Shown piece by piece: positions 16,789 through 26,641 of a stretch of 64,000 bases of DNA. Position 1 is the stretch's first letter. Each line of letters starts with the position of its first letter. Where the stretch lies: NCBI GenBank assembly GCA_963664225.1, contig OY760937.1, positions 4,160,001 through 4,224,000 of the forward strand, in the 5' to 3' direction. This DNA comes from Verrucomicrobiia bacterium (GTDB lineage Bacteria > Verrucomicrobiota > Verrucomicrobiia > Limisphaerales > UBA1319). The translations under genes and the position numbers were made by a program. The notes under the pieces were generated by a model. That model was not told the origin of the DNA, did no database searches, and saw nothing but the letters and a program-made list of their open reading frames with translations.

Positions 16789-17709
16789 TTGGCGGGCGCG
16801 AGTTCGAAAAATAACGTTGCGGCGCCGTTGGCGTGGATCAGGCGAACTTGCGAGTCACGCATCAGTAATTCAAAGCCATATTTGAAAGCCAAAGGTTTAA
16901 CCTCATCGGAAAAAGCCCCGATCCCTCTGGGTCAACCTGATGCGCTGCGTCTTGAGACAGGCGATGGAGTGCGAACGATTGAGATGTCGGGCGTCCTGGT
17001 TTCGCGCATGATTCATGAACTGACCAATCACCTGACCGTGGTGGCGGGCAATCTGCAGGTGGTGGAAATGGCGCCTGAGGATCCAGACCTTGTCCGCAAG
17101 GCGCTGGAATCGGTGCGTCTGGCGAGTGTGGGCATGACGGAGGTCGTGGAACGTTACGCCGGTTTTCGCCGACAGCTTCGGAACGACTCCCTGGGATGCG
17201 ATCCGTCTGATTTTGCAAATCTGGTCATGAAAGGACCGCCGCCAGAGCCTTTTCAGGCGACGGGGCAAAACGCCGGGAGCGAATGGTGGGCGGACTGGAA
17301 GGTAACGGCTCCAACCCCCATGCAAGGATGGCTGCCCATTGAAGCGCGGTGGATTAACCATGCGATCTGGCGTGTGGCCGCTCTGAGCGGATCACCCAGC
17401 GGCGAAATCCGGTTTTTCCCGCCCGGCAGCAACCCGGACTTGCAGGGGGTAAGCACTTTAACAACCGGAAACCGGTTGGGGAATTTCCTGCACATCTCTA
17501 TTTCCTGGAAGGGAGATAAGTCGTCTTTGGACCGCCAGGAATTGCATAAGCCCAGCACCCTTGCCCTGGCGGTGGTCATCGGGCTGGTGAGATGGGTCGA
17601 TGGCCAGGTCGGCGTGGTGTTCCTGCCGCCCGACGAAAATCGATTCTGGATATTTCTGCCCATGGAACGTCGCAAGGATCCCACGACTGATGGAAGAAAG
17701 ACGGCGTAG
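16789..17709 (+). CDS. Histidine kinase-like protein with HisKA H-box and degenerate ATPase domain (true start may be 16882 or 16984)
   Basis: SRMIHELTNHLTVVAGNLQ H-box; C-terminal LALAVVIGLV...GQV...FWIFLP matches the end of a HATPase fold without the glycine boxes. Confidence 0.6.
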   Translation: MAGASSKNNVAAPLAWIRRTCESRISNSKPYLKAKGLTSSEKAPIPLGQPDALRLETGDGVRTIEMSGVLVSRMIHELTNHLTVVAGNLQVVEMAPEDPDLVRKALESVRLASVGMTEVVERYAGFRRQLRNDSLGCDPSDFANLVMKGPPPEPFQATGQNAGSEWWADWKVTAPTPMQGWLPIEARWINHAIWRVAALSGSPSGEIRFFPPGSNPDLQGVSTLTTGNRLGNFLHISISWKGDKSSLDRQELHKPSTLALAVVIGLVRWVDGQVGVVFLPPDENRFWIFLPMERRKDPTTDGRKTA

Positions 17710-17981
17710 GGGCTGATCAGGCAGGCATTGCAGAGACAACAAAGGCGGTTTCGATGATTTGCGGGTCCATTGTTGTGCACGGTCCCGTTAGTCTTGAAGC
17801 GGTATGAGACTTTTAATGGCTGCCAATCCGGAGCGTTAATTTCCACTTCAATCATGGTTTCACGTTCCATGAGGCGTCGCTTTCCCAGAGATCGATCCAC
17901 TCTGAGCCAATGGAGTCCGTCGCATATTTTCGACGCCAATACTTGCCGTCCGGCCATGCGACGTGTCAACATGGGTCTGAA

Positions 17982-19154
17982 GTGCGGGAAACATTGCGAG
18001 CATGGAATGAAGCATTGGAAACGTTTGTTCTGGCGGTCATTTTCGACCAGCGCCGGGGCAAACGGGCGGCGCTTGTGCGTGTGCTTCTGCTGGTCCTCTC
18101 GAATGTCTTCGCGGTGGCGGTCAAGGCGCGCCGATTCCTTTACAACATGCGAATTTTGAGGGATTCCACGCTGGGCGTGCAGGTCATCGCCATTGGCAAC
18201 CTCACGGTGGGCGGGACGGGTAAGACACCTGTGGTGGAAAAATTCGCGCGAGAATTGCAGGACCAGGGCCGCACTGTGGCCATTTTATCCCGTGGCTATC
18301 GCTCCAAGCCGCCGCCCTTTACGAAACGTCTGATCAATAAACTGTTGTTGCGGGAGGACATCACACCGCCGCGCATTGTGTCGGACGGTAAATCGCTTTT
18401 GCTGGATTCCGAAACCGCCGGGGATGAGCCCTACATGCTGGCCTCGAACCTGAAGGACGTGGTGGTGCTGGTGGACAAGGACCGCGTCAAGAGCGGACGT
18501 TATGCCATCGAAAAATACGGATGCGACACCCTTCTGCTCGACGATGGTTTCCAGTATTGGAAGCTGCGCGGGCGTCGTCGGGATATTGTTCTGATCGATT
18601 GCCAGCAGCCTTTCGGCAACGAGTTCCTGCTTCCTCGCGGCACACTGCGGGAGCCGCCTTCCCACCTGGCCCGGGCGAGCACCATTTTCATCACCAAGAG
18701 CACTGGGGACACCACGGAGTTGCGCAAGCGCATCGAGGCCTTGAATTCCACAGCCAAGATCATCGAGTGCATCCATCACCCGCTCTATTTTGAGGACCTG
18801 TTCACTGGCCAGCGCCATGGCATGGAATTTCTCAAAGGCCGCAGGGTCGCCTCTCTGAGCGGCATTGCGCAGCCGGAAAGTTTTGAGGAAAGCCTCATTA
18901 AATTCGGGGCCGAGCTGGTGTATTCGAAACGGTTTGCCGATCACCATCGTTTCAGTCAGCAGGAGGTGTTGAATGTGATCAACCGCAGTAAAAAGCGCCA
19001 GGCTGAAGTCATCATCACCACCCAGAAGGATGCGGTGCGTTTTCCGAAGATCGACCGCCGGGACCTGCCCATTTATTTCATGCGTGTGGAAATCAAGATC
19101 ATCAGCGGCGCGAGCAATTTCCAGGATTGCGTGCGCCAAATCTGCTTTCGATAG
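17982..19154 (+). CDS. lpxK: Tetraacyldisaccharide 4'-kinase
   Basis: [44 protein letters not shown] and TQKDAVR motifs; GTG start at 17982 chosen. Confidence 0.95.
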   Translation: MRETLRAWNEALETFVLAVIFDQRRGKRAALVRVLLLVLSNVFAVAVKARRFLYNMRILRDSTLGVQVIAIGNLTVGGTGKTPVVEKFARELQDQGRTVAILSRGYRSKPPPFTKRLINKLLLREDITPPRIVSDGKSLLLDSETAGDEPYMLASNLKDVVVLVDKDRVKSGRYAIEKYGCDTLLLDDGFQYWKLRGRRRDIVLIDCQQPFGNEFLLPRGTLREPPSHLARASTIFITKSTGDTTELRKRIEALNSTAKIIECIHHPLYFEDLFTGQRHGMEFLKGRRVASLSGIAQPESFEESLIKFGAELVYSKRFADHHRFSQQEVLNVINRSKKRQAEVIITTQKDAVRFPKIDRRDLPIYFMRVEIKIISGASNFQDCVRQICFR

Positions 19155-19156
19155 AC

Positions 19157-20086
19157 ATGTCATACCTCGTTTATTTATTGGTGCGCGCGCTGCTGTGGCT
19201 TTTGCGATTGCTGCCTTTGCGGGCCATCGCACGCGTGGGGCGGGCGGGTGGCGCGCTGGCCTATGCGTTGGATCGCAGGCATCGGCGCGTGGCGGTGGAT
19301 AACCTGACGCAATGCTTTGGGGATTCGAAAACGCAGGAGGAAATCAAGGCGCTGGCGCGCGAAAACTTCAAGCGCATCGGCGAGAATTTTGCCGCAGCCG
19401 TGAAAACCTCCTCGATGAACGAGGCGGCCATTCGTGAATGCGTGGAACTGGTGGGCGCGGAGCACGTTTTGCCTGCCGCGAATGAAGGGCAGGCCAAAGG
19501 CAGGATCATCGCCATCGGCCACTTTGGAAATTTCGAACTCTACGCCCGGTGCAATTATTTTGTTCCCGGTTTGCAGTTTGCCACCACGTATCGCGGGATC
19601 AACCAGCCGTTGTTGAACCGCATTCTGCAGGACCTGCGCAATCAATCCGGCTGCCTCTATTTCGAGCGCCGCAGCGAGGGGGGCGCGTTGAGGCATGCCC
19701 TGCAAAATCAGGGTGTCATGCTCGGCCTGCTGGTGGACCAACACGCCGGAGATCACGGATTGCGCGTGCCGTTTTTTGGCCGGGATTGTTCGACCAGTCC
19801 TGCCCCCGGCATCTATGCCCAGCGCTATCACCTGCCGCTGCATGTTGCCATTTGCTATCGGGTCGGCCTGGGCCGCTGGCGTATTGAAATGGGCGAGGAG
19901 ATACCGACATTCGAGGCGGGCGAGCCGCGTTCGTCCGAAGCTGTGGCCGCAGATATCAACAAGGCCTATGAAGCCGCGATTCGTCGCGATCCGGCCAATT
20001 GGTTTTGGGTGCATCGTCGCTGGAAGGCGACGCACTATCGCGCGAAATCCACCGCGTCGGAAACCGCCCATCCCACGCCGGGTTGA
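19157..20086 (+). CDS. Lipid A late acyltransferase (LpxL/HtrB family)
   Basis: GHFGNFE, LLVDQ, VPFFG and PANWFWVHRRWK motifs. Confidence 0.9.
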   Translation: MSYLVYLLVRALLWLLRLLPLRAIARVGRAGGALAYALDRRHRRVAVDNLTQCFGDSKTQEEIKALARENFKRIGENFAAAVKTSSMNEAAIRECVELVGAEHVLPAANEGQAKGRIIAIGHFGNFELYARCNYFVPGLQFATTYRGINQPLLNRILQDLRNQSGCLYFERRSEGGALRHALQNQGVMLGLLVDQHAGDHGLRVPFFGRDCSTSPAPGIYAQRYHLPLHVAICYRVGLGRWRIEMGEEIPTFEAGEPRSSEAVAADINKAYEAAIRRDPANWFWVHRRWKATHYRAKSTASETAHPTPG

Positions 20087-20094
20087 AATGTGTC

Positions 20095-21339
20095 ATGGAG
20101 GCAATTCGCATGGCGCAATCCGATTCACCTTCACAATTCCGCGGATCCGGTAGCCCGGCAGATCAAAGGGCGAACCTCCAGGCTTTTGTTTTGCTAATGC
20201 CCGCCAATGGTCGCGGCGTGCGCCTGGTCGTGCGCGGCGTGAACTGGCTGGGGGACGCCATCATGACCACGCCCGCGTTGCTCCGCCTGCGTGAGTTGCT
20301 GCCCGAGGCGCACACCACCCTCTGCGGTCCCGACAAGCTGGCCGGGTTATGGCTGAACCATCCCGCGATCGATTCCGTGATGTCCATCGCGCATGACGAT
20401 GGCTTGCTGAAAGTAGCCGCAACGTTGCGCGCTGGCGGATTCACGCATGCGTTGATTCTGCCCAATTCGCCGCGCTCGGCATTGGAATCGTGGATGGGTG
20501 ATATTCCCTGCCGCATTGGATATGCCCGGTTTTGGCGCAACGCCTTTCTGACGCACAAGGTTTTCGACCGACAGGGTATTGTGCGCATGCAAAAAAAATC
20601 CCTGGCGCAAATCCAACGGTGCTGCGACGAACCTCTGCGTCAGGCGCCTGCAAGTTCGATTCCGCCCGAGGCGCATCATATTTATCATTATCTGCATCTC
20701 GTTGGTGCGATGGGTGCCAATTCCGCGCCGCTGCCTCCCCGATTGTATGTCACGGAACAGGAGCGTGCCGCCTTGTGCCAGCGGTTTCAGCTCGATCCCG
20801 CGCGCCTCTGGTGCGGGTTGAATCCCGGCGCCGAATACGGTCCCGCCAAGCGGTGGCCCATCGAGCGGTTTGCGAAGGCGGCCATCGAGGTGCAAAAACG
20901 CACCGGTTGCGGCTGGCTGATTTTTGGCGGAAAAGCGGATGTGGAGTCTGGACGTGCTCTGGCGGAAAAAATCCGTGGGCAGGCTGGGTCGAATAGCGCC
21001 AGCCCGGTGGTTTGTCTGGCGGGGGAAACCAATTTGCGTGAACTCTGCGCCGGGTTGGCCGTTTGCCGTGTGCTGCTTACCAACGATACCGGTCCCATGC
21101 ACCTGGCGGCGGCGGTGGGAACGCCCGTGGTTGCGATTTTCGGAAGCACCTCCCCTGAACTGACCGGCCCTGGGCTTCCGGGGTCCGGGCAGCATGTCCT
21201 CTTGCGCTCCAACGCCCCGTGTTCGCCGTGTTACCTGCGGGAGTGTCCGATAGATTTTCGCTGCATGACGGGCATCAGCGCGGAGGATGCGGTTCACGCA
21301 GTCCTCGGCACCTTGTCGGAAAGAAACAACGGCGGATAG
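20095..21339 (+). CDS. waaF: LPS heptosyltransferase II (GT9); start uncertain
   Basis: NWLGDAIMTTP, LPNSPRSA, PGAEYGPAKRWP and TNDTGPMHLAAA motifs. Confidence 0.9.
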   Translation: MEAIRMAQSDSPSQFRGSGSPADQRANLQAFVLLMPANGRGVRLVVRGVNWLGDAIMTTPALLRLRELLPEAHTTLCGPDKLAGLWLNHPAIDSVMSIAHDDGLLKVAATLRAGGFTHALILPNSPRSALESWMGDIPCRIGYARFWRNAFLTHKVFDRQGIVRMQKKSLAQIQRCCDEPLRQAPASSIPPEAHHIYHYLHLVGAMGANSAPLPPRLYVTEQERAALCQRFQLDPARLWCGLNPGAEYGPAKRWPIERFAKAAIEVQKRTGCGWLIFGGKADVESGRALAEKIRGQAGSNSASPVVCLAGETNLRELCAGLAVCRVLLTNDTGPMHLAAAVGTPVVAIFGSTSPELTGPGLPGSGQHVLLRSNAPCSPCYLRECPIDFRCMTGISAEDAVHAVLGTLSERNNGG

Positions 21340-21352
21340 ACCACCGTTGTTT
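21324..21352. terminator. Hairpin between convergent waaF and dapL
   Basis: AAACAACGGCGG-ataga-CCACCGTTGTTT. Confidence 0.45.
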
Positions 21353-21360
21353 GCAGTAAC

Positions 21361-22608
21361 TTAAAACTCGAACGCCACGTCGCCCAGACGTTGGGCCACT
21401 TCCTTGAGCACGCGCTTTTCTTCCGTCTTGTTCTTTGCGATGAACGTGACGCTGAACCGCAGGAACGCGCCTGCGTCATCCCAGGGCACCGTCGAGATGA
21501 GTTTCTCGGTGATTAGCCATTGGGAGACGGCTTCGGCGCTGTCGAACGCGATCCGCGATCCGTCCTTTTTCACCGCGGCCTTGGGCGCGGGCACGTAGAG
21601 GAAGAACGAACCCTTGGGCTTCTCGGCCTTGAGACCCAGTTTGCGCAGGACCCCGACCAGCGCATCCATGCGGCGCGAGTATTTCGCGGAGATTTTCTCC
21701 GTGATTTCGGGATGTTCGAAGCAATACGCCGCAGAATGTTGCACCGCCAGGAATTGCCCCGAGTCCGTGTTGTCCTTCACGTCTCCATAGGCGCGGACGA
21801 GCAGGGGATTGCCCGCGACAAATCCGCAGCGCCATCCGGTCATGTTGAAGCTCTTGCTCGTGGAATGCAGCTCCACACCCACATCCTTCGCGCCCGGCGT
21901 GGCCAGGAAGCTCAGGGGCTTGCCCTCGAAAACCAGCGCGGCATAGGCGGCATCATGAATCACCACCAGATTGTTCTTTTTCGCAAAGGCGACCACCTTC
22001 GCAAAGAATTCCGGCGTTGCGCTCGCACCCGTGGGGTTGTTTGGGTAATTGATGACGATCACCTTGGCCAGCTTCAGCACGTCGGCGGGCACCGCATCCA
22101 GGTCCGGCAGAAACTTGTTCGCGGCGGTCAACGGCATGTTATGAACCTTGCCCCCGAGATAACGGGCATGCGTGCCGAACACCGGATACCCCGGCGTCGT
22201 CATCATCACATAATCCCCGGGATTGATCAGCGCGGCGGGCAGGATGGACAATGCCGCCTTGCTGCCGATGGAGTGAATGACCTCGGTCTCGGGATCGATG
22301 CCCTCCACGCCGCAGACATTCTTCAAATACCGCGCCGCAGCCTGTTTCAGGACGATGTCACCATTGTCGGCGTAACCGCGATTTTCAGGCTTCTTCGCCT
22401 CCTCGTGCAATTTGGCCACCACCTCGCGAAACGCCATTTCGTCCGGTTCGCCCACACCCATGTCGATCAATTCACGCCCAGGATTGGCCGCCAGAGCGGC
22501 ACGCTTGGCGCGCTTGATCTTTTCAAACTTATAGATGGCGGTGGACTTGCCGTATTGGTTGCCGCCAATTCTCTCCGCAAACAGATTTTGAATGTAACTT
22601 TCTGACAT
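21361..22608 (-). CDS. dapL: LL-diaminopimelate aminotransferase-like class I/II aminotransferase
   Basis: DMGVGEPD, NYPNNPTGA, HDAAY and SKSFNMTGWR motifs; N-terminus FAERIGG...YKFEKIKRAK is characteristic of this subfamily. Confidence 0.8.
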   Translation of the reverse strand: MSESYIQNLFAERIGGNQYGKSTAIYKFEKIKRAKRAALAANPGRELIDMGVGEPDEMAFREVVAKLHEEAKKPENRGYADNGDIVLKQAAARYLKNVCGVEGIDPETEVIHSIGSKAALSILPAALINPGDYVMMTTPGYPVFGTHARYLGGKVHNMPLTAANKFLPDLDAVPADVLKLAKVIVINYPNNPTGASATPEFFAKVVAFAKKNNLVVIHDAAYAALVFEGKPLSFLATPGAKDVGVELHSTSKSFNMTGWRCGFVAGNPLLVRAYGDVKDNTDSGQFLAVQHSAAYCFEHPEITEKISAKYSRRMDALVGVLRKLGLKAEKPKGSFFLYVPAPKAAVKKDGSRIAFDSAEAVSQWLITEKLISTVPWDDAGAFLRFSVTFIAKNKTEEKRVLKEVAQRLGDVAFEF

Positions 22609-22931
22609 AAAATGTTCCGCGAACCTTAATCCTCGCAGCCTGCAAACACAAGTTTAACTCCTCTGAGGCAACTCGGTGCAGAATCCAGGAAGATGCAAAC
22701 AGAAATATAAAACCACAGTGGCACCAAAACACAGAGGAAGAACAGGTGCGGGAAGGGAGTTTGGAGAGAAGGACGGAGGTCCAGAAGACTTTTGCCCTGC
22801 GCCCGAGTTTAGGAACGAGACAACATTCGCATTGGAGCATCTGACCGCCTGAGCAGGATTGTGAGACGTTCCATGAGCGTGCATGTTGCGCTGCCTCGTT
22901 GGATGAAAGCGCCAGACGTCGAGTTGGACCT

Positions 22932-23180
22932 TCATTCAGGCCTTTGAACACAACTGGCGAGTATGGCGAGATGTTCCTTATCCCGGGCAGGGGTGAGGAA
23001 CTTGAGGAGGCTTCCACGCGGGAACGTGGTCTTGGGTTAGTGCGAGGCCAGCTTACGATCTCGAATCTCCCCCTCTGCAACCTTCCATTCCACTTGATCG
23101 GAAGCATTTAGGCTGACAGCCTCGTAGATAAACTGAGGGGGAGCCCGTCGGCGACTTTTGTCGATCACCGTTGCATTCAC
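22932..23180 (-). pseudogene. Decayed AbrB/MazE-like antitoxin with one internal stop
   Basis: Manual translation MNATVIDKSRRRAPPQFIYEAVSLNASDQVEWKVAEGEIRDRKLASH*PKTTFPRGSLLKFLTPARDKEHLAILASCVQRPE*. TAA at 23037-23039; the final TGA overlaps ATG 22935 (ATGA). Confidence 0.5.
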
Positions 23181-23269
23181 AGAAAGGCATTGCCTCAAAA
23201 TGGCTTCATTTTTACGAGGGATTTGGAGCGTTTATCGGACCCGGCAATGGAAGCGCGGGAAAAATCGGC

Positions 23270-23297
23270 TTGCGCCGGAATGCTGGAAGACTAGAAT
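23270..23297 (+). promoter_or_regulatory. Candidate sigma70 promoter of the prs operon
   Basis: TTGCGC-N16-TAGAAT. Confidence 0.4.
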
Positions 23298-23370
23298 GGA
23301 CTCCATTGTTGATGGGGTGGGGCCATAACCGGCCTTCTTCATATTTTTACCACCTGGAATTTATCACAAC

Positions 23371-24315
23371 GTGAAAATTTTTTCCGGCACATCTAATCCG
23401 AATCTGGCGCGTTCCATTTGCGCTTATGTGGGCGTGGAACAAGGCAAGTGCTCTGTGAGCGCTTTCCCGGACGGGGAGACGTTTGTCAAAATCGAAGAGA
23501 ACGTCCGCGGGGATGATGTTTTCATCATCCAATCCACCTGTCCGCCGACGAACCACAATTTGATGGAGTTGTTCATCATCATGGACGCCTTGCGACGGGC
23601 GAGCGCGAAACGGATCACGGCGGTAATGCCTTTCTATGGGTATGCGCGCCAGGACCGCAAGGACCAGCCGCGTGTGCCGATCACCGCCAAGCTGGTGGCC
23701 AATCTTCTGGTGGCGGCGGGCGCGAATCGTGTGCTTACGATGGACCTGCACGCGCAGCAGATTCAGGGCTTTTTCGATATTCCGGTGGATCATCTATATG
23801 CGGCGCCAGTGATGTATGAATATTTGAAGAAACAGTATCCAGACGGGGTGATGGTGGTCAGTCCGGATGTGGGCGGGCTGAAGATGGCGCATGCTTACGC
23901 GCAGACGCTGGGTTCGGACCTGGCCATTGTGGCCAAGCGGCGAAAAAGTGCGACGGAGATTGAGGCGATGACGCTGATTGGCGAGGTGGACGGTAAGAAC
24001 GTGTTGCTGGTGGACGACCTGACGGAAACGGCGGGGACGCTGACGACGGCGGCCAATTTGCTGAAGCAAAAAGGGGCCCGGAGCATCCGGGCTTGCGTAT
24101 CCCACGCCATACTGAATGATCTGGGCGTCGAACGATTGAGAAAATCGGCTATTGACGAACTTATCACGACTGATAGTGTTCCCCACCCTGACATTGAAGG
24201 CGTGAAGATGACGACATTGTCGGTGGCGGGATTGTTGGGCGAAGCGATCAAGCGAATTAATAGTAATTCGTCGGTTAATTCGCTCTTTGAGTTTAAAGGC
24301 GCGCGCACGAGCTAG
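23371..24315 (+). CDS. prs: Ribose-phosphate pyrophosphokinase
   Basis: FPDGET, YGYARQDRK, DLHAQQIQGFFD, VSPDVGG and VDDLTETAGTL motifs. Confidence 0.98.
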   Translation: MKIFSGTSNPNLARSICAYVGVEQGKCSVSAFPDGETFVKIEENVRGDDVFIIQSTCPPTNHNLMELFIIMDALRRASAKRITAVMPFYGYARQDRKDQPRVPITAKLVANLLVAAGANRVLTMDLHAQQIQGFFDIPVDHLYAAPVMYEYLKKQYPDGVMVVSPDVGGLKMAHAYAQTLGSDLAIVAKRRKSATEIEAMTLIGEVDGKNVLLVDDLTETAGTLTTAANLLKQKGARSIRACVSHAILNDLGVERLRKSAIDELITTDSVPHPDIEGVKMTTLSVAGLLGEAIKRINSNSSVNSLFEFKGARTS

Positions 24316-24351
24316 ACAGCGGATGGCGCCGCCGAGGCACGAATTGATAAA

Positions 24352-25128
24352 ATGAAATCTGTACCCTTGACTGTTTTTCCGCGGTCGCTGGCGAAGCGAA
24401 CCGGAGTAAAGAAATTACGCGTCACGAATCGTATTCCGGCCGTGGCCTATGGTCGCCAGAACCCGCCGCAACGGTTGGAAGTGCCGATCCTCGACTTTGA
24501 GAAGGCAATCCATGACGCAGTGTCGGAATTCGTGCTGCTCGAATTGACCGTGGACGGGGATCCCCGGCCCAAGCGCCTGGCCATCGTTCAGGAAGTCCAG
24601 CACCACGCCTTGAGCGGCAAGGTGTTGCATGTCGATTTCCATGAAGTGGCCGAGGACGAGAAGGTGACCATCACCGTTCCCGTGGAAACGGTGGGCGAAG
24701 CCATTGGCACCAAGAACGGCGGCATTCTCGAACACGTACTTTTCAAATTGCGCGTGCGCGCATTGCCCAAGGATCTGCCAGACTCCATCAAGGTCGATGT
24801 GACCGCGCTGGAACTGGGCAAATCCATTCATATTGGGGAAATCGTCCCGCCGCCTAACACCGAGATACTTGGCCTCAAGAAGGTGGTCGTCATCTCCGTG
24901 GCGGCTCCGATGACCGAGGCTGAGGAAGCGGCTCAAACGGCAGCGGCTGAAACAGCGCCGACCGAGCCCGAGATGCTCAAGGAGAAGAAGGAAGAGGGCG
25001 AAGAGGGCGCAGCTCCCGAAAAGGGCGGGGAGAAGAAACCGGCCGAAAAGGGCGGCGAGAAGAAGCCGGCCGAAAAGGGTGCCGCCGCCGAAAAGGGTGG
25101 CGAGAAGAAGGCCGAGAAGAAGAAATAA
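24352..25128 (+). CDS. rplY: 50S ribosomal protein bL25 / Ctc
   Basis: IPAVAYG, EVQHH...LHVDF and GG.LEH motifs; repetitive EKGGEKKPA tail; prs-rplY-pth synteny. Confidence 0.95.
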   Translation: MKSVPLTVFPRSLAKRTGVKKLRVTNRIPAVAYGRQNPPQRLEVPILDFEKAIHDAVSEFVLLELTVDGDPRPKRLAIVQEVQHHALSGKVLHVDFHEVAEDEKVTITVPVETVGEAIGTKNGGILEHVLFKLRVRALPKDLPDSIKVDVTALELGKSIHIGEIVPPPNTEILGLKKVVVISVAAPMTEAEEAAQTAAAETAPTEPEMLKEKKEEGEEGAAPEKGGEKKPAEKGGEKKPAEKGAAAEKGGEKKAEKKK

Positions 25129-25176
25129 TTTCGGGTGGGGCATGGCGAGCCGTGAAATGTCCCCCCGGCGCGCTTC

Positions 25177-25782
25177 ATGGAGCCGATGCATCTTATTGTG
25201 GGGCTGGGAAATCCCGGCCCCGAGTATGCTCACACCCGCCACAACGCGGGTTTTATGGTGGTGGAGCGGCTTGCCTCGCGCTGGGGGGCCGCCTGGAAAA
25301 ACGAAACACGGTTCAAAGCGCGCCTGGCCCGGACCGTGGTGGACGGGCGCAAGGTAACGCTGTGCGAGCCGCGCACTTTCATGAATTTGAGTGGTGAGGC
25401 GGTTCGGGCGTTGACAGCCTACCATCAAATAGCGCAGGATGGAATTCTTGTGGTGGTGGACGACGCGGATCTGGCTGTGGGCGTGTTACGATTACGCCCG
25501 GGCGGAAGCAGCGGCGGCCATCATGGACTGGATAGTGTGGAGCAACATTTGGGCGGGCGTGAGTACGCCCGGTTGAAGTTGGGTATCGGCAGGAGCGGAA
25601 CCGCAGAGCGGCAAATCCGTAATCATGTGCTCGGGCGGTTTGATGCCGCCGAGAGCGAGCGGTTCGAGAAGGTACTTGAGCGCGCGGCCTGTCAGGCGGA
25701 ATGCTGGTTGCTGAATGGCATTCAGCGGGCCATGAACGAATTTAACGGAACGATAGAAACAGCAGGAACAAAGGAACGTTAA
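25177..25782 (+). CDS. pth: Peptidyl-tRNA hydrolase
   Basis: LIVGLGNPG, TRHNAGF, TFMNLSG and GGHHGL motifs. Confidence 0.97.
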   Translation: MEPMHLIVGLGNPGPEYAHTRHNAGFMVVERLASRWGAAWKNETRFKARLARTVVDGRKVTLCEPRTFMNLSGEAVRALTAYHQIAQDGILVVVDDADLAVGVLRLRPGGSSGGHHGLDSVEQHLGGREYARLKLGIGRSGTAERQIRNHVLGRFDAAESERFEKVLERAACQAECWLLNGIQRAMNEFNGTIETAGTKER

Positions 25783-26100
25783 GTGAAAAGGTACGAAGGT
25801 TTATTCATCTTGAACACCGCCGGCAAAGAGGAAGGTGTGAAAGAGGTGATCGATAAGATCACTGCGGAGATCGATAAGAACGGTGGCAAGGTGGAGACCG
25901 TCCAAAAGATGGACCGCCGCGCATTTTCCCGCGTCACCAAGAAGAACATGACGTCGGGATTTTACGTCAATTTTATCTTCGAGTGCAAGCCCGAGGGGAT
26001 CGCCTTGCTGCGGTCGCGGTTCGCGCTTTCGGAGGACGTTTACCGGGTGTTGTTCTCGGAAGCATCAGCCACGCCCGCGCCGCAACCCGTGGCCGCGTAA
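25783..26100 (+). CDS. rpsF: 30S ribosomal protein bS6
   Basis: KRYEGLFIL...GFY...DVYR pattern; position before ssb. Confidence 0.9.
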   Translation: MKRYEGLFILNTAGKEEGVKEVIDKITAEIDKNGGKVETVQKMDRRAFSRVTKKNMTSGFYVNFIFECKPEGIALLRSRFALSEDVYRVLFSEASATPAPQPVAA

Positions 26101-26113
26101 GACGTCAGCAGTT

Positions 26114-26593
26114 ATGGGCAACTTCAACAAAGTCATTCTCCTGGGGAATCTGACCCGAGACCCGGAGTTGCGCTACACACCCAAGGGCACCGCAATTGTC
26201 AAACTGGGCATGGCGATTAATCGCACCTGGAAAGACGAGTCGGGCGCCTCCAAGGAGGAGGTTACCTTTGTGGATGTGGATGCCTTTGGCCGCCAGGCCG
26301 AAGTCATAGCCCAATATTTGAGGAAAGGCCGTCAATTGTTTGTTGAAGGCCGTTTGCGCCTGGACACCTGGGACGATAAGCAGACCGGGCAGAAACGCAC
26401 CAAAATGGGGGTGGTGCTCGAAAACTTCCAATTTGTCGATTCCGGCGGTGCCCGTTCCGGCGAGGAAGGCGGGGCTGCTCCCGCCGCGCGTCCCCGCCCG
26501 TCCGCCGCGTCGGCTTCCGCCGCGCCCAATGCGGCTCCATCCACTCCCGCCCAGGATGGTCCTCCCCTGGAGGAGGACGATGTGCCGTTTTGA
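26114..26593 (+). CDS. ssb: Single-stranded DNA-binding protein
   Basis: NKVILLGNLTRDPELRYTP, VEGRL and acidic tail EEDDVPF. Confidence 0.97.
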   Translation: MGNFNKVILLGNLTRDPELRYTPKGTAIVKLGMAINRTWKDESGASKEEVTFVDVDAFGRQAEVIAQYLRKGRQLFVEGRLRLDTWDDKQTGQKRTKMGVVLENFQFVDSGGARSGEEGGAAPAARPRPSAASASAAPNAAPSTPAQDGPPLEEDDVPF

Positions 26594-26641
26594 GCACATA
26601 GCCCTGTAAGAATTTAAACCTAAAAGCAACCATTTTTAGTT

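Noticed and set aside
23298..23370. tRNA-Gln or riboswitch upstream of prs
   Set aside because: Only a weak hairpin is present; no cloverleaf, T-loop or recognisable aptamer.
25015..25125. DNA repeats at the end of rplY
   Set aside because: They encode an ordinary low-complexity Lys/Glu tail.
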